Of a stretch of 64,000 nt of DNA, positions 47,063 to 59,730 are shown one piece after another (positions within the stretch are counted from its first letter, which is position 1; each line of letters begins with the position of its first letter). The notes under the pieces are model-generated. The model made no database searches. It saw only the letters and a list, made by a program, of their open reading frames with translations, and was not told the origin of the DNA. The stretch is from Eledone cirrhosa (Eukaryota). The position numbers were made by a program, and so were the translations under genes. The DNA lies in contig OZ024740.1 of the NCBI GenBank assembly GCA_964016885.1, forward strand, positions 249,054,001-249,118,000. The letters are read 5' to 3'.

Positions 47063-50000
47063 TGTTATTAGTATTACAAGACAGCGGTAACTACGGCGGA
47101 GTAAGTTAGTTGAATTTTTAGGAATTATCGAAAGTTCTATATAATCATTTTTACATCGGTGTGTAATTAAAGAACCCCTCTGTCAAAGGAGGTGGTTTTT
47201 TTAACTGTATCTCGTGCCCTTGAGGGCTAAATCTGCTTTTATTTACAACCATAACCCCCAATTTTTGTTTTAAAAAAAAACATGGCGGACAAAAAAATTG
47301 TCCACAGGGAGGAACACCGAGTTGTTCGGAGGGTGGAACAGCCAGTTCCACCCAATCACAAGACAAAGAAAAAAACAAGAGAAACAGCAGCAGCAGTGAC
47401 AGCGACAGTGGTAGTGACAACAGCAGCAGCAACCACTGGAACTGTAGTAACAGTAGTGGAAATTACAACGAAAATTACCCTGCATTACAAAAATCAAACA
47501 CCACCACCATCACCCCAATAACAACAATAAAGAACCCAAAGAACAACAACTATAACAGCAGCAACACAGGAAAAAAAACAAACAAAAACACCAACGACGG
47601 CAACAAAGACAAAACTAGTGACGAGTCAACACAAATAAAAACAAACACATCTTTCGCGAAAGCGACCAACAATTTTGAGCAAATCACTAACAAAAAGATA
47701 AAACAAGCAAAGGTCTCGGTTAAAAAGACCGGACACAGAGTAAGTCTCACCCGCCCAGCTGAGATAATAAGAAACAAACTTTTGTGTTCGGTCAGTTATC
47801 ACACGATTGGATCAAAATCCAGGCGAGTTGAATGGGCAACGGAGTCACAGTTCCAAAGAGCTATGGGTACCGTCAGGGCACAGAAAATATATATAGCCCA
47901 GGGATCGAGATATGGCACTGTGGATGTGCTCTTCGCTACATCAGAAGAAGCTAGAGCACACTCCATTACACCACTCCACAGTGACGAAATCACAATGATG
48001 CCCACATACTGCGGCCAGAGAGTCGTGAGGGTTCGAGTGGGCCAGGTTCCACCCTCAGTGGAGATGGTGTGGTTGACGGCGGCCGTCCTCGCTGACATTG
48101 AAGATTCAACAACCATACTCAACGTCATGCGAATAAGACGGGAAAATTGGACAGGGTTGGGGATGGAGCTAATCATCCAAGCAAACCATGAGAGCATTGA
48201 AGCCATCCCCGATGTAATAGACCTGGACGACGACAGCCATCTACCCGTGACTGTCGAAGGTAGGCGCCCAAGGTGTCATGGATGCGGTGACATGATGCAC
48301 CTTAAGGCATTCTGCCCCAAACTTATCAAAACAGGCATGCACTCACCCCCTTCTCCCCACGCCGTGCCCTGCAACTGAAGCAGAAAAACAAACAAAGACC
48401 ACAGTGGCAGAAGAGAAATCACCATCCCCAACAACAGAATCTCCATCTCTTCCATCCACCACCCACGGAACCAATGGAAAGCATACCCCTTCCTGATATA
48501 GTCAAATCGGACAAGGAGTGCGATGAGGCTGAAGAGCTATTCCAAAGAACTATTCCAAGAGCTATTCCGAAGAACTATTCCAAGAGCTATTCCAAGAGCT
48601 ATTCCAAAGAACTATTCCAAGAGCTATTCCAAGAGCTATTCCAAGAGCTATTCCAAGAGCTATTCCAAAGAACTATTCCAAGAGCTATTCCGAAGAACTA
48701 TTCCAACAAAAAAAAAAGGAAGAACTCCCCCCCCCAAAAAAAAAGAGGAAGAAAGAACACTAAAAAAAAAAGAAAATGAAAACTACCCCACCTCCTCCAC
48801 CACCATCAACAGCCACGTCCCCAAAACCACCCACACCTTCACCACCGCTACCACAACCGCCACCACCACCACCACCACCACCGCCACCCTTAGCATCTAC
48901 CCCATCGTCGCCTTCAACAACACGACAGCAAACACAGAAAACACCAACACCCAATCAGCAGACACAATACACAGCCATAGACACAGACAACACAAAGTTT
49001 TTAAATTACATTCAACACCACACCAACATCATAGAAACAAACTACGTACAAACCACCAAAATTGCACCCCTACACACATAAAAATAATAGAAATTACACA
49101 AAAAAATTACATAACATTTAAAAAAAATGTTCCCCACATCAATTGGAGACTACCGAGGGAACATCACCAAAAGAATATTCACGGATATTCTCGTGGAGAA
49201 ACCCACCAATGGTCGTAGGCATGGATCACCCACCCCCTTCCTACAGAGGGTAAGCTGGTGATACTGGACGTGACCAGCGGAGAAGGACAAGCTTTCAGGC
49301 TAGTGGCCGCCTATGCCCCAATGGGAGCAGCATTGCCTGAATTCTTCCAGCTTTTGGAGACCTTTCTTGGGACGTCCCGCTCTCTAGTGTTAGTGGGAGA
49401 CTGGAACGGGATCTTAGATGCACACTGGGATTGTGTGGGATTAGCGGATAGGGAAGGAGGGTGTAAAAGCCTCACAAACCTACTCAGGCTTTTCAACTGT
49501 TGGACAGGTACCGATTGGATTTCCTGAATGTGCCAATGTGGACTTGGACAAACTGCATCGGGTCATCCAGATCATATCTAGATAGAGTATTTTGTAGGGA
49601 AATAGATAGGTCTAGCATAGGCTGCCCACAATTCAAGATAGTCAGCTACACGGACCACAAATTCATGATCTGTGTGGTTGACTTAGATCGGCTTCATAGA
49701 CAGCACGCAAGGCCTACAGAGACCGGATTAGCGAACTAGTTAAGCGGGCGTTGACAGGGGCCATCGTCAACAACAAATGGTGGTTTGCTCTGAAAAAGGC
49801 GATTAGAATAGAGTCCATTAGGTTTAGTAAGGCTTTAGCAATAGGGAAAAGTAGAGCAGAGGGAGAATTAGTTAGAAAATTAGACGAAGCGCTTAGTAAA
49901 GGCATCGCGACCGACATACTTGCCGCGAAATTGGCCCTTGACCAATTCTTCAATGCAAAGCACGAAGGCTGCATTGTCAGAGCTAGGGGGCGTGCTCTCA

Positions 50001-52400
50001 GACACGAGGGGACGAAAGCCGTTCAATGGGCCCAAGTGGCGGAGGCGCGACGTGGCAACAAAGCCACGATCCGGTCTTTGGTGGACCACGACAGGCGCAT
50101 GCTACTTGATCCCAGGCAAATGTGTGAAGCCTTTCAGTGACACTTCGCTCAGCTGTTCAGAGGCAGCGGCGGGCTGGATCGAGGGATGGACTTTAGTGCC
50201 TACCTCGACGGACTGCTGTGGCTCTCGGAGGCGGAGTGTTACGAAAAGCTGATAACAGCAGCTGAAGTACGGGAGGCAATGACTGGCTGCACAAGGGGTA
50301 AATCGCCTGGTTTGGATGATCTGCCCTATGAACTTTACGTACAGATGCCAGACTTGTTCGGAAGCCTCTTGGCGGACGTCTACTGCAACTGGCAGCAGAA
50401 CAGGAGAATACCCAGCTCTGTGAGCCGAGGAGCGGTGACGCTGCTGAGAAAGGATCCGAACAAGGGGGATAACATAGATAATTTCAGGCCCATAACTGTG
50501 CTAAACACAGAGTTCAAGATTTTGACGAAGGTGCTAGCAAAGAGGTTGGCGCTTGTCGGTGGTGGTCTGGTGGGAGAGGCGCAGACATGCGCCATTCCAA
50601 ACAGATCCATCGATGACAACCTCCACCTCATGCGATGCATCGTGGAGAGGGTAGTTAGGGAACCTGGCACGGGTGGGTCCTTGATCAATTTAGATCAGTC
50701 GAAAGCCTTCAATAGGGTCGACCATCGCTATCTTGCAACAGTCCTGAGGGCGGCTGGCTTTGGGCCCGTCTTCAGAGGCTCGATTGCTGCCATGCACAGC
50801 GACATCTGCTCTGTGGTGAGAGTGAACGGTCACCTTTCGGAACCGTTCAACATCATGCGCTCTGTCCGCTAAGGATGTCCCTCTTGTACGTATTGACTCT
50901 CGAGCCATTACTGCAAAAACTGGAGCTGTTGAGGCGGGGTCCCGCGTGAACTAGGATGCGGAAGATCCGTGTCAGCATATGTGGACGATGTCACCGTAGT
51001 GGTGTCGAACGGCAAACACATCGAGGTGATCGGCACTACACTAAGAGAATACGAAGCGGTGACAGGAGCAATGATCAACCAGAAAAGGTTAGTGGGCCTG
51101 CAGCTCGGCACCTGGAGAGGCAGGTCCATGCCGTTCAACAGCGTCGTCAGGCACTGGACGGACGGACCGGTTAAATTGCTAGGGGTCTTGTTTGGTCCGG
51201 ACCTCCAGACGGACAAAAACTGGGACGAGGTGACGATGATCAGGGTGTCCATCTGCTGTCAACACCCACTACTTGGAGGGCTGGGCATGCCGTGGCTGGT
51301 GACGCGCAGACACGTGCTCAGGCTACGACATCTCCACCTCTTCCTCGACGGTGATCAGGTGTGGTTGCCGTTTGCTAGACGCGTCTTTTCCCAGCTCGTC
51401 TCCTTGACGGAGCTGCAGTCCTGGGTCAAGCGAAGACCGAGAGGGAGCGCTTGGAGACTGGAATGTCTTCAGGCGCTCACGGCCCTCAACCAGTCGGGCA
51501 ATGTGATCGGTGGAAACCCCACCTTGGCTTTCTATAGAGGATTAGTGGAGGGGAAGAACGATGACGTACTTGGGGAAACTCTAGATGAAAATCAACTAGC
51601 CAATCTCTTCGGAAGAACTTTCGGGCCGGGGGCCTATGGACAACATCCAGAAATCCCTGGCCTGGCTGTGCTACCGAGGAGCTTTGACAGTTCGGGATAA
51701 ACTATACAGGCATGGATGTGCTGTCAGCCGGGCATGTCTTAGATGCGTGCAGGGCGACAAAACCGGTTTATGTCGAACACCTGCTGTCGCGTGTAGGACG
51801 GATCCGGCCATCTGCTGAGTCCATCGTGAGGATTGCCCCGCCCTCTTCCTTTAGCCGGGAAGGGCAGGCAGTTTTTATCTCTCTGGTAGCCATGGCGAAA
51901 GAGATAGTATGGTGGACACGTTTGAAAGGGCTGAAGACGAGCACTTACCTCTTCTGATTAACTTTTTCAAATTTCATTTGAAAAGGAAAATCAGGGTAGA
52001 GAGGGAACTGCTCTCTTCCCAGCATTTTGTTGAAAGATGGGTGAGAGAGGCAAGAATGGCCCGAGTGAATGGGCCTACTCTGAGTATGTGTCTGTAAATT
52101 AAAGGTGGAAAACTGGGAGAGGGCACTTGCCCTGGTGGTCAGGGTCACTGTGGCCTTTTAATGGGCTTTCTCCACAAATGTCCCTCGGAAGTCTTCCTCC
52201 TATTGTGGAATTTTTCATTGTTATTTTTATTACATCCTCTGTTTTTTTTACACGCAGAAATGCCCATTTGTACCGTCCTGTATTGTCCTGTACTGTCCTT
52301 AATGTCTACTTTATGTAAACCCTTGTGGTTAATAAAGAAAGCATTATTATTATTATTATTATTATCATCGTTATTATCATCATCATTATTGTTGTTGTTG
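47063..52400 (+). mobile_element. Tx1-clade LINE copy E, near full length but disrupted
   Basis: ORF1 from ATG 47282 with an RRM-like segment and zinc knuckle GRRPRCHGCGDMMHLKAFCP. ORF2: EN (LVGDWNGILD, YLDRVF, TDHK) and RT (GKSPGLDDLPYELY, LDQSKAFNRVDH, SVR*GCP, YVDD). (ATT)n tail. Confidence 0.92.
48534..48706. repeat. 14-unit 12/13-bp minisatellite inside Tx1 ORF1
   Basis: Units are GAGCTATTCCAA, AGAACTATTCCAA and GAGCTATTCCGA. Confidence 0.95.
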
Positions 52401-52731
52401 TGTTGTTAGAATGTCAGATAGAATGCTTTGCGGTATTCATTCCAGCTCTGCATTCTGAGTTCAAATTTTGCTGAAGTTAACTTTGCCTTTCATCCGGTCA
52501 AGGTTGATACAAAAAAATACCAGTCCAATACTGGGTCAATTCCCCCACCCCTCTCTCTGGAAAAATTGGGTGTTTTCAAACCTGGAGGGGGATGGGCTCT
52601 TCCAGGTTAAAGTGCACAAGAAATGTTGTATGTTAGTGCAGTGCCTCTATGACTCCACCAGGAGTATGTGTCCATGCATACATACATTGTTGCTGTTGTT
52701 ACTACTGAATAATTATTTCTTTTTTTTTCAG

Positions 52732-52887
52732 GCTAATATATGGATAGTCAGCAGTGATCTGAAAAAAATTGTTGGCATTTTATCTGTAATCTCTCTTATT
52801 GGTGTCTCAGTGGTGTTTTTCACTGATTATGGATTCCCTTACAGCCTTGATGACAAGAAACCAGCTTATCAACGTCTCATGATGAAG
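52732..52887 (+). CDS. ERMP1: ERMP1-like exon (last TM helix)
   Basis: tttttcAG acceptor, GTAAGA donor at 52888, phase 0-0, 52 codons. GFPYSLDDKKPAYQRLMMK matches ERMP1 FFPYSS...PKPKRVFLQ. Confidence 0.92.
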
Positions 52888-53029
52888 GTAAGACTTCATT
52901 TTTTTTTGTTGTTACTGTTTAGCCCCGGATCAGTCATGATTGATTTGACGTATGATCAGAGCCATTCCAGACATGATCCAGCCTATTGTTTTCTGGGTAC
53001 ATTGCAAACGAAGATGATGATGATGATGA

Positions 53030-53375
53030 CACACTCACACATATATATATATATATATATACACACAGCAACACCACCAACTCTCTCTCTTTTCTATCCT
53101 CCTTCTCTGTCTCCTCTCCCTCTCTCTGTGTCTCTCTTTCAATCTACTCTCTCACAACCACTATCTCTTTCTCTCTATCTTTCTCTTTCTCTCTCTGTTT
53201 ATGAAGGTACCTGTAAAAACCTCATATCTTGGTAACCTAAGCTCCGATTTACGCGAAACTTGTTTTATTCCATTTCAGGGTCAACTTCCTTTCAAAGTAT
53301 TTTCCCATTATGCACCCTTTTGGCTGTATTACATTACAGACAAGCAAGCAAGCAATCACAGAGTTTTAGTAATAT
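53030..53375 (-). mobile_element. partial non-autonomous Helitron (5' portion only)
   Basis: Matches 6060-6340 and 55690-56046; abuts the CTAG end of the next copy. Confidence 0.8.
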
Positions 53376-53376
53376 T

Positions 53377-56046
53377 CTAGACCACCCGTGACCTGTTGGG
53401 TCATGTTCCCTTAAAAATAATTTTTAAATAATTAAAATATACACAGACATGTATATAATGTAAAATGAAATTGGAAGGCCCATATATATATGTATATGTG
53501 TGTGTGTATACATATATATATATATATGCGTGTGTGTCTGTGACCTATATACACTGGTCACAGACAAACACACACTTACACACACACATACATATCTATA
53601 TATCATCATCATCATCATCATTTAATGTCCATCTTCCACGTTAGCATGGGTTAGACGGTTTTGTTCCATTTGATGCGGGAATGATCGGGAGAGTGCGTCT
53701 TGCTCGCACGGAAGTGCCTCTGGCAGGTTTTTTACAGCTGGATGCCCTTTCTAACACCAACCACATTTACCGTGTGGACTGGGAGCCTTTTCACCGTGTT
53801 TTCTACACGGTCATCTTACAGTGTGGACTGTTGTGTCATCAACACAGTGGACGGAACGGGAGAAGGAGGATGGGGTAGAGGTATTGGGGTGGGGTGTACA
53901 TTAGGTTAAGAGGTGCCTAGTGACTATGTTTATATGCAATGGCAGTCGGGTCTTCTGTACAACTGTATGGCGCCAAAGGTCTCCAGTGACATTGTCTTAG
54001 AGAGGTATAGGTGAGCAAGGTCAGTTTTTATCACCTCGTCCTAGGTTTTTCTTGGTCTACCCACTCCGTAACTTTCATCAATTTTCATTGGCCTGCACTT
54101 TTTTATAGAGCTGTCTTCTTTCATACGCATCACATGTCCATACCAACACAGTCTCCTCTCCAGAACACAACATTTTATACCTCTTATGCTTAGTCTCCTT
54201 CTTAATTTGTTTATGCTTTGCCTTTCGCGCACATTACTATTACACATCCATCAGAGCATGCAAGCTTCACTTCTTTCTAATCTACGCAGGTTTTCAGCAC
54301 ACAATGCCCAAGTCTCACTACCATGTAATATCGCTGTTTGTATACATGCATCATACAATCTGCCTTTCATTTTTAGAGAACAACCCCTTGTAGCCAACAG
54401 CAGTATTAGCTCTCTGAACTTTTTCCATCCCGTTTTAACTCTGGTTACTACACTTTCAGAGCACACTCCTCCACTGCTGATTTTATTACCCAGGTAACAG
54501 AAGGTATCTATTATTTCTAAAGAACCATCTGGACAGTTGAAGGAGATATCATCCAGTGGGTCCTTGCTACTTACTGCACCTGAGCATCGGCCACATATAA
54601 AATCTACATTCTTAGATAGCTTACCTCTGATCCCACTACATCTTTTATGTATCCATAGTTTGCATTTGGAGCATAGAATAGAGCTTCTTCCCACTCCTTT
54701 CTTACACACTGAGCATGGCCATTTCCCAGAGGGTACCTGTGCCCTATTCTCCTTTCTACATACTAGAACGTTACTCTTAGACAAGTTGACTCTAAGGCCA
54801 TGCTTCCATGTTTGGAACTTCCTCTCTAGTTCAGCCCTGGATTCAGCTATGAGAGTTAGATCATCTGCATATAGAAGTTCCCATGGGCAGCCAGTCTTAA
54901 ACCCCTCTGATATAGCCTGTGGGACAATAATAAACAGGGGGGGGGGGATAAGAACAGAGCCCTGCTGAACCCCTACTATTACGCTAAATTCATCACTATA
55001 TTCATCGTTAATTCTAACCTTGCAAACTGTTCCTCTATACATGGCTTGTATAGCTCTCACAAGCCATTCTTCTACTCATAGTTTTCTAAGAGCCCACCAG
55101 ATTAAGGTGCGTGGGTTCTGTCAAAGGCCTTCTCCAGGTCAACAAAAGCTAAGTAGAGGGGTTTACTGTTAGCAAGGTACTTCTCCTGTAATTGTCATAC
55201 AAGGAAAAGAGCATCCGTGGTACTTTTACCTGGCACAAACCCAAACTGCATTTCATCTAGATCAATTTGGTCTCTAATCAGTTCAGTAATAACTCTTTCT
55301 GTGACTTTCATGACTTGGCCAACTAATTTAATACCCCTATAGTTTCCTCTTTCCAGGGCGTCTCCTTTGCCCTTGTAACAGTTGATGATGCTGCTGCTAC
55401 GCCAGTCATTTGGATGACCCCATTCTGTATTACTTGGTTTACTATCCGGGTAACCATAGTATGTCCCACAATTCCAGATATCTTCAACATTTCAGCAACT
55501 ATCTCCGAAGGCCCAGCTGCCTTGCCTGTCTTCATATTTTTGATTGCCTTACTTACTACACTACCATTAACTTGCACAGCCAGTCCTTCTATTAGACAGA
55601 TACTTTGTCACAACAAGGGGTGTGGGGGACGGAATTATGTTGGACTTGGGCTTCCATATCTGATATGATAGGGGTGCAGGAGACGGAATACATATATATA
55701 TACACACACTCTCACATATATACACACAACAACACCATCAACTCTCTCTTCCATTCTCCTTCTCTGTCTCCTGTCCCTCTCTCTATGTCTCTCTTTCAAT
55801 CTACTCTCTCACAACCACTATCTCTTTCTCTCTATCTTTCTCTTTCTCTCTCTGTTTATGGAGGTATCCGGAAAAGCCCCATATCTTGGGAACCCGTGCT
55901 CCAATTTACGCGAAACTTGTATTCCATTTGTATTTCCATTTCAGGGTCAACTTCCTTTCAAAGTATTTTCCCATTATGCGCCCTTTTGGCTGCATTACAT
56001 TACAGACAAGCAAGCAAGCAATCACAGAGTTTTAGTAGTATATAGA
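53377..56046 (-). mobile_element. non-autonomous Helitron interrupted by an RTE LINE
   Basis: CTAGACCACCCGTGACCTGTTGGGTCATG at 53377 and ...GAGTTTTAGTAGTATATAGA|T at 56046; same family as 919-6342. Confidence 0.85.
53602..55594 (-). mobile_element. RTE LINE (PHD-bearing family), 5'-truncated
   Basis: 269-aa ORF 54251-55060 with GVQQGSVL, LLYADD, a C4HC3 finger and FCYLG; RRLCWYGH...GRPRKT; (GAT)n tail. Confidence 0.92.
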
Positions 56047-57018
56047 TAGATAGATAGATTTCTTGACTTGGAATTTGATGCAACCCTGTGACAAACAATA
56101 ACACAACAGAAATATGCAAAAGTTCAAAATAAGAATAAGTGTGTTTTCCTTAACATATCAGTACAATATAGCGTTCATAGAAGAAGAGTATTTTTGTTGA
56201 CGTACATGCATTTAGATGTAGTGGATGTATTACAGAGAGACATACACTGTGGAAAAAAGTTTATCTTGATGTCTGTCTTTACTAACCTTGTGGCATGGCA
56301 TGGCATGGCTGTAGCAGTGCCAGCCATTACTGCCAATTGCTACATCCAATGCCTGTTTGTCCAATCTGAGAGAAAAGAGGCAAGAATATGTGGCTTATAT
56401 ATCTTTAGGTGCTGTCATAGTTATTTTCATTTGAATTGATGAATATAGCTTATGATAGAAAAATATGCTGACATGCCACATTTTTGTTCCACAGCAAATT
56501 TAACCCAAGGATAATTTTGCTACAGATCAATTGTTGCCATTTCTACTTCATAACAAATCCATGTTGACAATAAACTACTAAAAAGGCAAAGATGATGATG
56601 TAAAAAGATTATATAGCACCACCAACAGTCTCATGGTATCTTTAGCATTTAGGACTAATTTCCAATGTGAGGGTAATTACCTTCCATCAGTCATGGAGTC
56701 TCCTTAGAAGAGTCATGGGTCCTGCCCTTCCTTCTTTAAATAAGCTATTAAAAAAATAATAAATAGTAAAGGCAGGTATTGTCATAATTTCATGTTCTTC
56801 TTTATGAATTATTTGAAAGGTAGTCATCTCAATGCAAAAATTGACTACAATAATAGTGGATTACTATAAACAGTAGTTGAGAAAATCATGTAAAGTTCCA
56901 CTGGAAATGGAAAAATCAGAGAAAGGCAGTGTCTGTGTTTGTTTTTTCCCAATGCTTTTTAAATCAGTAGTTGTTTATGAATTATATTTTATTCTCTGTC
57001 TGTTTTCTTCCTTCACAG

Positions 57019-57224
57019 CATATTCGAAGACGATTTCATAATGAGCAAGGAAATGTAATCCATACAGATTCCGGCATTTGGTTTATGTCCCTAGATCACA
57101 ATGGTCTAAAAGGGATCCAGAAAGCACAACCAGAAACTTTCAAAAACAATGTAGAGATGAAATGTGAAGGACCCTACTGTGGATGGCCGTATTATTATCC
57201 CATGCTATGGATTATTGATATCAG
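57019..57224 (+). CDS. ERMP1: ERMP1-like exon (C-terminal domain)
   Basis: cttcacAG acceptor, GTAATC donor at 57225, phase 0-2. HIRRRFHNEQGNVIHTDSGIW...CEGPYCGWPYYYP matches ERMP1 HMTRTFHDLEGN...DSGIW...CEENAPLCGFPWYLP. Confidence 0.93.
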
Positions 57225-58088
57225 GTAATCAATCAGTGCACATACAATTAATTTCCCCATTTAATTTCCCTACTTGAGTACTGACTGTCTGTGAAAACCT
57301 GTCCCATCCTTTCTGGCAGAGAAAACGAGTGTTAAATGATGATGATAATGATGACAATTTAGATGCAAGGGAGGTAGGACTGTCAGTGATTGACTATATA
57401 TCAGTATATTATTGGTATTTATTTCACTGATCCTGGAAGGAATATTAAAACTGACTTTAGCAGGACATATTTATTTATTATATTTATTTCTATTTTATGC
57501 CATGCATGTTGTGAACAATAGTATTGTGCTACAAATGGGCTAATCATGGTTTTTTTTTCCTTTTTTTTTGTATTTAAAATGGTGAGAGTAACAAGGAAGT
57601 TACTGTGTAACTCAGGTGGAATAAATATCTTGATGGTTTATTATTTTTTCCCAATTTGTACATCGTTTGCCTATATACATCAATATACACATGCGCGTGC
57701 ATGCATACACGCACAAACACACATGCACACATGTATGCACAACACATTACCATTTTATTTCTAGCTACCAAATCTTTTCTCTTAAGATATTGTTTAACCT
57801 GAGGTTATTGTGGAAGACCTTTGTCCAAGGTGTTGTTCATGAGTTAAAACCTAGAACTGTATCATTGTGAAGCAAGCTTCTTAACCACACAGCCATTCCT
57901 GCACACAAAGATTTGTGCTCATAAACAGGATACACCATATATATTTTTACTTTTCTCATCATTGGCTCTCTATCCAGATATACATTTTCTCATCTTCTAT
58001 TCTTATTCCAATTGCATCTGAAAAGCTAAACTTCATAGTTATATGTCACTCTCATTGTCATTTCTTACTGTTTCTTTTTTCCATATAG

Positions 58089-58204
58089 GAAATCTGCCTA
58101 CATCTTACTAGACACAGAATTACGTTCCCCTTCAGTTGAAGTTAAACTGGAAAGTCGGCAGAGACTTTCTGCTACAGAGATGGAACTAACATTCTCAGTT
58201 ATAG
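58089..58204 (+). CDS. ERMP1: ERMP1-like exon (C-terminal domain; missed by the ORF track)
   Basis: catatAG acceptor, GTAGGT donor at 58205, phase 2-1, bridging both neighbours exactly. (R)KSAYILLDTELRSPSVEVKLESRQRLSATEMELTFSVI(G). Confidence 0.88.
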
Positions 58205-59149
58205 GTAGGTGTTAATGATCACCACCCCATATGTGTGCTGGCAATGAATAGATTCTCATTCTGAGTGAATGGTAGATTATATAATGCCTGCATACAAGCA
58301 TTAATATTTTCTAGTCTGGTACTTATTTTATCATCTCCCTTTGTCGAATTCTCAATTTACAGGACGTAAAGAAACAGTAATCATCTAAAGGGAGATAAAT
58401 CATTCACAGTTATTGCACTTGAATATTAATTTTTTTATTCAACATTTTTTTTTTCAACTTCCATTGAAAAACTTCAGGCTTCAAAACTATTTTGCTACGT
58501 CATTAGAAACATCTAAAAATAAGTACATTGTATATAAGATAATTGCAATAGATATCGTCCTGTGTTCGATCCTACTGCATGGTATATTAGGCAATTATCT
58601 TTGACCTTAGTCGTATGAGTGTAATTGGGTAGATTGAAACTGTGGATTGTACTTGTAATACACAGTGGCAGGCTAATTCAGCTTGGGAATTACATTTTCG
58701 GTTCATGTGTTTGTGGAATACTCAACCACATGATAATTTAATGAGATAGATGTTCAGTGGATCAAACAATTGGAATATCAGTAAAAAAATGACAGAGGAT
58801 CCATCATTACAGGATAATTATATTATAGTAATTTTCGTCTGAGTTTCTCTTGCCCCAATAGTTATTACTACAGGGTGTGACAACCTTAACTTTACACAAG
58901 TCATGGGCTCAGCTGGCTTTGGTTGATAGTACCTGGAATTGGGCCCTACTCATGGTTATGGATTTACACACATACACATATATGCATACACATGACAGAC
59001 TATCACACAGTTTCTGTTTATTAAATTTCACTCACAAGGCATTGATTAGTTGAAGGCTTTATTAAGGACATTTGTATCTATGTATAATAGCATATGTGAG
59101 TGTATATTACATACATATTTACTGAAACATTATTTTTTTGCCATTCTAG

Positions 59150-59334
59150 GTCCAGATCACATGACCATATTTGTGATGCCTCACCGACAAATAGACCTAA
59201 CATCATGGTCTTTCAGTGAAAAAGCCCCTTTACTGGCTAAAGTTCCTGAATATGCTGACCAGAGAGTTTACTTCATATATTACTCACATGCAGAAAAACC
59301 TACTGATCCTTGGTCTTTCAGTATGGTTTTCTCT
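59150..59334 (+). CDS. ERMP1: ERMP1-like exon (C-terminal domain)
   Basis: attctAG acceptor, GTAAGT donor at 59335, phase 1-0. GPDHMTIFV...LTSWSFS...YFIYYSHA...WSF matches ERMP1 GPSHMSFYV...LSQWSLG...YFVFYSHG...WQF. Confidence 0.93.
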
Positions 59335-59709
59335 GTAAGTATCTTTTTATTTGGATCACATTCTGTGTAGTCGTGAAAGCATGTGGTGTAGTGGTTAATG
59401 TGTTGGGCTCACAATCATAAAGTCGTAAGTTTGATTCCTATATCAAGCGACGTGCCTTTGTGTAAAACAGTGCACTTCACATTCTTCCAATTCATTCTGC
59501 TAAAAATGAGTACCAGCAGCAGCAGTAGCTGGGGGTTAGCTCAATGACAGGCTGTTATCCATTATACTCTAAGTCACTTAATGTCACACCAAACCAGGGT
59601 AAGGTTTGTGCTTCAGCCAACACATGCAAGCATGAAAAAATGGATGTAAAACGTTAATTCTAACCATGTGTTATTGTTTTCCATTCTGATTCTTTATCTG
59701 TTTCTACAG

Positions 59710-59730
59710 TCTGATGATGAAACAAGAACA
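59710..59730 (+). CDS. candidate 21-nt microexon (SDDETRT) of the ERMP1-like gene
   Basis: Pyrimidine-rich tract ending tttctacAG, 7 codons in phase 0, GTAAGG donor at 59731. No transcript evidence, and it abuts a repeat. Confidence 0.35.

Noticed and set aside
52468-53235. 255-aa ORF as a standalone gene
   Set aside because: Only 52732-52887 is ERMP1-like and splice-bounded. The rest is SINE, intron and Helitron sequence.
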